Assembly (NCBI GenBank): GCA_024645005.1
Contig: JAHEGS010000001.1
Location: 1-52,355 of the forward strand
DNA: 52,355 nt
Direction of reading: 5' to 3'
Source of the DNA: Bacteroidota bacterium
GTDB taxonomy: Bacteria > Bacteroidota > Bacteroidia > NS11-12g > UBA9320
The notes beneath the pieces are model-generated. The model saw only the letters and a list, made by a program, of their open reading frames with translations, was not told the DNA's origin and searched no databases. Every line of letters begins with the position of its first letter. Positions within the stretch are counted from its first letter, which is position 1. Positions 46,622-52,355 of the stretch are shown piece after piece. The position numbers and the translations under genes are program-made.

Positions 46622-47151
46622 CTGGCAGAAAGGTTGTAAAGTTGCTCGTACTCAGACAATTGAGATCTTAATCGTCTTCTAGCAACAAATATTCGTGTTT
46701 TGATTGTACCGATGGGTATTCCAATTTTTTCAGCGATCTCGTGATATTTATAACCTAAGGTGTTCATTTCAAATGTTATGCGTAAATCATCAGGCAGACT
46801 GTCAATGGCATCAGATAAATCTTGTTTGATGAATTTTGACTCTCCATTGTTATAAGCGTTAAACGTCTTAGCATTATCTATAATGAACTGTTCATCTTGT
46901 GTGTCCATGAAGGTATTTCTTTTTGTAATCCTCCTGTAGTTATTGATGAAGTTGTTTCTCATTATAGTGAAAAGCCAACCTTTTAAATTTGTACCCTCTT
47001 TAAATTTAGAAGAGTAGATAATTGCTTTCATTAAAGTTTCTTGTACTAAATCATTAGCATCATCTATATTTTGCGAAAGTTGTAGAGCGTAGTTTTTGAG
47101 TATAGGTTGAAGAACTTCTAGCTTCTTTTCGAAATCGGTTTGATTTTTCAT
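46618..47151 (-). CDS. ECF RNA polymerase sigma factor
   Basis: DANDLVQET, GTNLKGWLFTIMRN and YHEIAEKIGIPIGTIKTRIFVAR motifs; TACTTTTG box at 47171-47178. Confidence 0.95.
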   Translation of the reverse strand: MKNQTDFEKKLEVLQPILKNYALQLSQNIDDANDLVQETLMKAIIYSSKFKEGTNLKGWLFTIMRNNFINNYRRITKRNTFMDTQDEQFIIDNAKTFNAYNNGESKFIKQDLSDAIDSLPDDLRITFEMNTLGYKYHEIAEKIGIPIGTIKTRIFVARRRLRSQLSEYEQLYNLSAS

Positions 47152-47356
47152 TTTGTTTAACTTTATGGCACAAAAGTAAAACAGAATTAGATAAAAACTA
47201 ATTTTTGTTTAATTTTTTTTAAAAATAGTTGAGCAAATTCATAAGCAACTGATTTTCAGCAAAGTATAAAAAAATATTAACAGAATTATGACATTTTTAT
47301 GACGATTTGTTTATAATTTGCATAAACTGAATACCAATTATGTTAAACAAAATGAA
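47147..47356. repeat. Perfect 15-bp inverted repeat flanking the divergent promoter region
   Basis: TTCATTTTGTTTAAC (47147-47161) and GTTAAACAAAATGAA (47342-47356). Confidence 0.8.
47286..47305 (-). promoter_or_regulatory. Pho-box-like (OmpR/PhoB-type) direct repeat
   Basis: Minus strand TCGTCATAAAAATGTCATAA; GTCATAA twice with an 11-bp period. Confidence 0.45.
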
Positions 47357-47376
47357 TTATACGATGTTTGTACAAT

Positions 47377-47787
47377 ATGATTGCATCTGCAAGTAGAGTT
47401 GAACGATTTAATGCCGCACACAGACTTCACAACCCAGATTGGAGTGATGAAAAAAATGAATCATTTTATGGTTTGTGTAACAATCCTAATTATCATGGAC
47501 ACAATTACAAGTTAGTCGTCAAAATAACAGGTGAAGTAGATCCAGAGAGTGGTTATTTAATTGATTTAAAAGTTTTAAGAGATATAATTAAAGAGCAAGT
47601 AACTTCCCGATTTGATCACAGAAATTTAAACCTAGATGTACCAGATTTTAAAAATAGAATACCTACTGCAGAAAATATAGCCTACGTAATTTGGCATAGA
47701 ATAAATAAACAACTAGAAGATCATTTAAAACTTCACATAACTTTATACGAAACAGAACGAAATTTCATAGAATATGATGGACAATAA
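47377..47787 (+). CDS. 6-pyruvoyl-tetrahydropterin synthase family protein (C-x5-HGH type)
   Basis: FNAAHRL, CNNPNYHGHNY, FDHRNLN, PTAENIA and LYET motifs; start at ATG 47377. Confidence 0.92.
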   Translation: MIASASRVERFNAAHRLHNPDWSDEKNESFYGLCNNPNYHGHNYKLVVKITGEVDPESGYLIDLKVLRDIIKEQVTSRFDHRNLNLDVPDFKNRIPTAENIAYVIWHRINKQLEDHLKLHITLYETERNFIEYDGQ

Positions 47788-48424
47788 GAGTAAAAACAAC
47801 GTTATAGAACTCAACTCAACTATTCAATCACCCACAGTTCCAAATGCATTTGACATGACAGATGAGGATAAGATTGCTAAAATAGCAAAACACTTTAGAG
47901 CTATTATGGAAACTTTAGGTCTAGATTTATCTGATGATAGCTTGAAGGAGACTCCTAAAAGAGTAGCAAAAATGTATGTTTCTGAAATTTTTAGTGGTCT
48001 AAACCCCAAAAACAAACCAGAAGTAACCTTATTTAAAAATAACTATGGTTACAATCAAATGCTTGTAGAAAAGAACATATCTGTTTATTCGATGTGTGAA
48101 CATCATTTTGTTCCAATTATAGGTAGAGCACACGTAGCATACATGGCAAATGGTAAAGTGATTGGTCTCAGTAAAATACATCGTATTGTTAAATACTTTT
48201 CCCAGCGACCACAAGTTCAAGAAAGATTGACGAGACAGATTATGGAAAATCTCAAACAAACCCTTAATATTGACGATGTGGCAGTGGTAATCGATGCAAG
48301 ACACATGTGTGTAGAATGTAGAGGGGTTGAGGATGTTACATCCAATACGATTACATCAGCAATATCTGGTCAATTTCAGAAAGACTCAACAAGATCTGAG
48401 TTCATGAGATTTATCGGTATGTAA
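47774..48424 (+). CDS. folE: GTP cyclohydrolase I
   Basis: ETPKRVAK, SMCEHH, GLSKI, RPQVQERLT and HMCVECRG motifs. Confidence 0.96.
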   Translation: MMDNKSKNNVIELNSTIQSPTVPNAFDMTDEDKIAKIAKHFRAIMETLGLDLSDDSLKETPKRVAKMYVSEIFSGLNPKNKPEVTLFKNNYGYNQMLVEKNISVYSMCEHHFVPIIGRAHVAYMANGKVIGLSKIHRIVKYFSQRPQVQERLTRQIMENLKQTLNIDDVAVVIDARHMCVECRGVEDVTSNTITSAISGQFQKDSTRSEFMRFIGM

Positions 48425-48429
48425 ACGAT

Positions 48430-49092
48430 ATGATTGAAGGAATAGATTTAAGTAAAAATTATGGAAATTTGGCTGTTTTAAAGTCAGTTGATGTTTCAAT
48501 TAAAAAAGGAGAGATATTAAGCATCACTGGACCAAGTGGTGCAGGGAAATCAACTCTACTTCAGATATTAGGAACATTGGACAAAACAGACTCAGGGGCA
48601 CTTAAATTTAATGACACCAACATATCAAGTTATAATCCCAAAAAAATAGCAAAATTTAGGAATGAAAATATAGGTTTTATATTTCAGTTTCATCATTTGC
48701 TTCCTGAGTTTTCAGCTTTAGAAAATGTTTCTATGCCTGCACTAATCAAAGGGATAGAAAAAAAAGATGCTGAGAAAAAAGCGATTAAACTTTTAAAAAT
48801 TTTAGGGTTAGAAAATCGTCTAGACCATAAACCCAATGAATTATCGGGTGGAGAACAACAACGTGTCTCTGTGGCTCGGGCTCTTGTTAATAATCCTGCT
48901 GTAATATTTGCAGATGAACCGAGCGGTAACCTAGATACTGAAAATGCAAGAGATCTTCATGAGTTATTTCTAAAATTAAGAGATGATTTTGGCCAAACTT
49001 TTGTTATAGTCACGCACAACATTGAATTAGCTAAAATGGCTGATCGTGTGATTGAAATGAAAGATGGTCATATTGTAAACTCAATTTCATAA
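48430..49092 (+). CDS. ABC transporter ATP-binding protein (LolD-like)
   Basis: [26 protein letters not shown] and ADEPSGNLD motifs. Confidence 0.9.
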   Translation: MIEGIDLSKNYGNLAVLKSVDVSIKKGEILSITGPSGAGKSTLLQILGTLDKTDSGALKFNDTNISSYNPKKIAKFRNENIGFIFQFHHLLPEFSALENVSMPALIKGIEKKDAEKKAIKLLKILGLENRLDHKPNELSGGEQQRVSVARALVNNPAVIFADEPSGNLDTENARDLHELFLKLRDDFGQTFVIVTHNIELAKMADRVIEMKDGHIVNSIS

Positions 49093-49132
49093 AATTCCTT
49101 TCTTATTTGGCATATTTAATAAATTTGTAGTA

Positions 49133-49393
49133 ATGAATTTAATTATCAAAAACATACCTAAATCCTATAATGCTCATTACTTAGAGATGTTATTTGAGAA
49201 GTATGGTGAAATAAGCTACGCTAAAGTGGTTTATGATAGGGTAACTAAAGAACCCAAAGGTACTGGGTTTGTTGAATTTGAAAAGGAGGAAGACGGTTTA
49301 AAAGCGATCGAAGAGATGAACGGTAAAGAAGTGAGTGGCCAAAAGCTTCACGTTGAGAAAGCTAGACCTCGTAGGGTTAACATTTGGAGCTAA
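49133..49393 (+). CDS. Single-domain RRM RNA-binding protein
   Basis: RNP1-like KGTGFVEF; AIEEMNGKEVSGQKLHVEKARPR. Confidence 0.92.
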   Translation: MNLIIKNIPKSYNAHYLEMLFEKYGEISYAKVVYDRVTKEPKGTGFVEFEKEEDGLKAIEEMNGKEVSGQKLHVEKARPRRVNIWS

Positions 49394-49405
49394 ATCTAAT
49401 ATTCA

Positions 49406-49445
49406 ACAAAAAAAGGAGATTGATAATTCAATCTCCTTTTTTTGT
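49406..49445. terminator. Bidirectional intrinsic terminator
   Basis: ACAAAAAAAGGAGATTGA-TAAT-TCAATCTCCTTTTTTTGT is a perfect 18-bp inverted repeat between convergent genes. Confidence 0.9.
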
Positions 49446-49461
49446 GAATTAAAAACATAGA

Positions 49462-50364
49462 TTAATAGAAACCTGAACCTCCAGTGGCTCTAGATCCTGT
49501 AGGTTTGGGATTAATACACATAACTGGTGTTTTTTGTGAACTATTTACAACCTGTTCAGCGTATGATCCAACGAATAGATCAGATAACTTACCTGTTTCT
49601 GATTTTGTCATGATGATAATTAAGTCTGCATCAATTTCTTCGGCATATTTAATAGTATCCTTTCCTAAATTGTCTGGATATTCTCTATCGTCAAGAAGGT
49701 GTGATTCATATTTGACACCATACTTACTAAATATTCCTTCAGCTTGATTAAGGTTGGCCTTTATTTTCTTTTCAATCAACTCATCTTTATCTAATTCCAT
49801 AATGATATGAATGGTTGAGTTATATTTTAAACCAACTTTTACAGCCCAGTCGATCTTCTGTTTACTAGTTTTTGTTAAATCTATGGGGAGTACAATCCTA
49901 TCAAACTTAGGTTCAGTTCTTTTTTCCTTTACGGCAATAACAGGTATTGCAGAACTTTTAATTACTCGACTAGTTGTACTGCCTGTAAATTGCTCAATTC
50001 CATTGGCTCCATTAGTTCCCATTACAATTGTATCACATTTATTGTCCTTGGCTGCTTCGTTGATTACCTTGAAAGGTTTACCTTCAGAAACAAGGGTGTT
50101 TACTTCAATAGTTGGCCATTTTTTAAGGATTTCAGCCTTCAAATCTTCTAGCTTTTTTCTAACCTTGTCTCTTAGTAATGCAATTTCACTAGCATTAATG
50201 AATAAACCAGATAATGTACTTTTGCTTAGTACATGGAGTAGAGTAACTTCACTATCAAATAAGTTTGCCATTTCAACTGCATAATAAACTGCATTGATAG
50301 ATGAATCTGAAAAATCCATCGGCACCAAAATGATGTGATCTTGTGGTGTTTTAATATCTATCAT
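49462..50364 (-). CDS. Tandem-domain universal stress protein
   Basis: ILVPMDFSDSS, IVMGTNG...GSTT and VGSYAEQVV motifs; start trimmed to MIDIK; TATCTTTG box at 50385-50392. Confidence 0.93.
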   Translation of the reverse strand: MIDIKTPQDHIILVPMDFSDSSINAVYYAVEMANLFDSEVTLLHVLSKSTLSGLFINASEIALLRDKVRKKLEDLKAEILKKWPTIEVNTLVSEGKPFKVINEAAKDNKCDTIVMGTNGANGIEQFTGSTTSRVIKSSAIPVIAVKEKRTEPKFDRIVLPIDLTKTSKQKIDWAVKVGLKYNSTIHIIMELDKDELIEKKIKANLNQAEGIFSKYGVKYESHLLDDREYPDNLGKDTIKYAEEIDADLIIIMTKSETGKLSDLFVGSYAEQVVNSSQKTPVMCINPKPTGSRATGGSGFY

Positions 50365-50406
50365 AAAATTTCTTAAACTTGCTGCAAAGATAAACACCTT
50401 TTTAGC

Positions 50407-51228
50407 GTGAAACAATTAACTAAAAGTGATCTGATTCTAAATAATGATGGAAGTATTTATCATTTAGGGCTTCATTCAGATCAGATATACCCAACTGTTA
50501 TTACAGTTGGAGACCCAAGTCGGGTTGACGCGGTTTCAAAACATTTTGATTCCATAGATTACTCTAATATCAATCGAGAATTTAAAGCTGTTGGTGGTAG
50601 ATTAGGAAACACTCCCATTATGGTCTTATCTACGGGTATAGGAACAGATAATATTGATATTGTTTTAAATGAACTTTCATTATTAATTAATTTTGATATG
50701 ACCACTCGTGAGCCTCTAGAGCATCAAAAATCAATTCGTTTGATTCGATTAGGTACATCAGGAAGTATTCACCCATCAATACCTATTGATTCTATAGTTT
50801 ATTCAGAAAATGCAATTGCATTCGATAATCTTTTGAGTTATTACAATCATTCATTTGATATTATCAAGTTTAAAGACATGCAAATTCCAGTAGTATCTTG
50901 CAGTAGTTCACTGGAGCATTTGTTTCAATCCTATAAATCAAGTCTAACCCTTACAGCATGTGGTTTTTATGGCCCACAGTTTAGACCATCGCAACTTTCC
51001 CAAAAATATAGGCTTTCGGATTGTGAATCTATTCGTTATAATGGGAGAACTCCTGGAAATATTGAGATGGAAACGGCTGGGATTTATGGATTGTCTAAAT
51101 TACTTGGTTTTGAAGCGATTTCAGTGAATGCTATTCTAGCAGATCGTAGGACTGGAGTTTTTAGTAAAAAACCACAAAAAATGATTGAAAAAATGATTGA
51201 AGAAGCCCTTGATATACTATGCGAGTAA
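50407..51228 (+). CDS. Nucleoside phosphorylase (uridine phosphorylase-like)
   Basis: GSIYHL, GDPSRV, STGIG, RLGTSG, GFYGPQ and NIEMET motifs. Confidence 0.9.
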   Translation: MKQLTKSDLILNNDGSIYHLGLHSDQIYPTVITVGDPSRVDAVSKHFDSIDYSNINREFKAVGGRLGNTPIMVLSTGIGTDNIDIVLNELSLLINFDMTTREPLEHQKSIRLIRLGTSGSIHPSIPIDSIVYSENAIAFDNLLSYYNHSFDIIKFKDMQIPVVSCSSSLEHLFQSYKSSLTLTACGFYGPQFRPSQLSQKYRLSDCESIRYNGRTPGNIEMETAGIYGLSKLLGFEAISVNAILADRRTGVFSKKPQKMIEKMIEEALDILCE

Positions 51229-52325
51229 AAATTAAAGAAGTAAATAGTTCGAGAGAAATTAAATCATGGCATCAATTTAGTCGCGATCTATATGCCGATG
51301 ATGATGATTACATTTCGCACATAGATCAAGATATTGATTCTATTTTTAATCCGAATGAAAATTCTGAATTTGAGACTGGTGATGCTAAACGTTGGGTAGC
51401 AGTAGAAAATGATAGAATCGTTGGTAGAATAGCTGCATTTTATACCAATAAACATCAACAATCTGGGCTAGGTTTTTTTGATTGCATAGATGATCAAGAA
51501 ATAGCAAATTGTCTGTTTGATGTTGGCAATCAATGGGTTAAAGAGATGGGTTTTGATAGGGTAGAGGCTCCTGTAAATTTTGGAGAAAGAGATAAGTATT
51601 GGGGATTGTTAGTCTCAGGGTTTAAATCACCTTCTTATCAAGAGAATTATAACTTTCCGTATTATCAAAAGCTATTTGAAAATTATGGTTTCAAGGTTTG
51701 TATCGAACAAACAACAAGCGAGGGAAGACCAGGCCAAATTGATTTATTTAAATATCAACGTTTTAGTGAGCGAATTAGTAGAAGTGGTAGTTATCGCATT
51801 GAGCATTACAGTCATCGTGAATCAGAACGCTTTGTAAAAGATTTTGTGACCATATATAATGATGCCTGGAAACATCACTCACATTTTGTTCCGTTTACAG
51901 TGGATCGTGTTCGTAGTCTTTTTGCCGAGATGAAGCCCATTATTCGTGAGGAGTTGTTGGTATTTATGTATGACAAGGATAAGCCAATAGGTTTTTATTT
52001 AAGCATTATTGAGTTGAATCAAATTTTTAAGCATATTAATGGAAATATGAACTGGTGGGGTAAATTGAAATTCTATTATTACTTGAAAACAAAAAAAATA
52101 ACAAAAATTAGAGGAATAATCTTTGGAGTAACCTCTGAATATCAGAACAAGGGATTGTATGCTCTTATGATTATGGATGTATACAAAACTATCGTAGAAA
52201 ACCCATACATTGAGTCAACCGAATTGGCATGGATTGGGGATTTTAATCCTAAAATGCATGCTTTATTTAAGAGTCTTAATGCTCAACCGAGTAAAGTTCA
52301 TTTTACCTACGAAAAACTTTTATAA
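51219..52325 (+). CDS. GNAT-fold YghO-like protein
   Basis: VGRIAAF, GFFDCIDD, NYNFPYY, YNDAW and WIGDFNPKM motifs. Confidence 0.78.
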   Translation: MRVKIKEVNSSREIKSWHQFSRDLYADDDDYISHIDQDIDSIFNPNENSEFETGDAKRWVAVENDRIVGRIAAFYTNKHQQSGLGFFDCIDDQEIANCLFDVGNQWVKEMGFDRVEAPVNFGERDKYWGLLVSGFKSPSYQENYNFPYYQKLFENYGFKVCIEQTTSEGRPGQIDLFKYQRFSERISRSGSYRIEHYSHRESERFVKDFVTIYNDAWKHHSHFVPFTVDRVRSLFAEMKPIIREELLVFMYDKDKPIGFYLSIIELNQIFKHINGNMNWWGKLKFYYYLKTKKITKIRGIIFGVTSEYQNKGLYALMIMDVYKTIVENPYIESTELAWIGDFNPKMHALFKSLNAQPSKVHFTYEKLL

Positions 52326-52355
52326 TATTGTTTGTGTTAGATATTTAAAATTCTA

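Noticed and set aside
3484-50284. About 35 short ORFs in the track nested in or antisense to long genes (e.g. 3484-3750, 12883-13140, 19618-19941, 49811-50284)
   Set aside because: They are shadows of well-supported CDS, with no motifs, promoters or signal peptides of their own.
1-52355. CRISPR arrays, IS elements, prophage, defence systems, tmRNA near smpB, riboswitches
   Set aside because: No regularly spaced repeats, no transposase, integrase or phage motifs, and no intergenic space large or structured enough was seen by eye.

Overview
AT-rich, densely packed Bacteroidota chromosome. The assignment rests on the absence of Shine-Dalgarno sites, frequent TAnnTT(T/C)G -7 promoter boxes, a T9SS C-terminal-domain protein, and DUF4625/DUF4249/DUF4296 lipoproteins. 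About 47 CDS are mostly core or envelope genes (valS, rplS, rplU-rpmA, yggS, mutS2, smpB, purC, ruvX-def, maf, folE, a PafA-type phosphatase, two TonB-dependent receptors, an M16 peptidase and an ECF sigma factor). There are three tRNAs: Arg-ACG, His-GTG and Leu-GAG. I see no CRISPR array, transposase, integrase, phage or defence genes, and no clearly novel multi-gene protein system. The strongest leads are non-coding. (1) An unannotated ~130-nt transcription unit between rpmA and yggS has its own promoter and terminator and an exposed anti-AUGAAAA segment, and it fully overlaps a 35-codon antisense hydrophobic ORF. (2) The ECF-sigma/PTPS-folE divergent region has a perfect 15-bp inverted repeat around a promoter (candidate inverton) and a Pho-box-like direct repeat. 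(3) A 174-bp structured mini-element is bounded by a duplicated tRNA-Arg 3' end. (4) Near-leaderless and overlapping divergent promoters are common. (5) An animal-type PTPS lies next to folE. All product calls come from motif recognition by eye; no database search was run.
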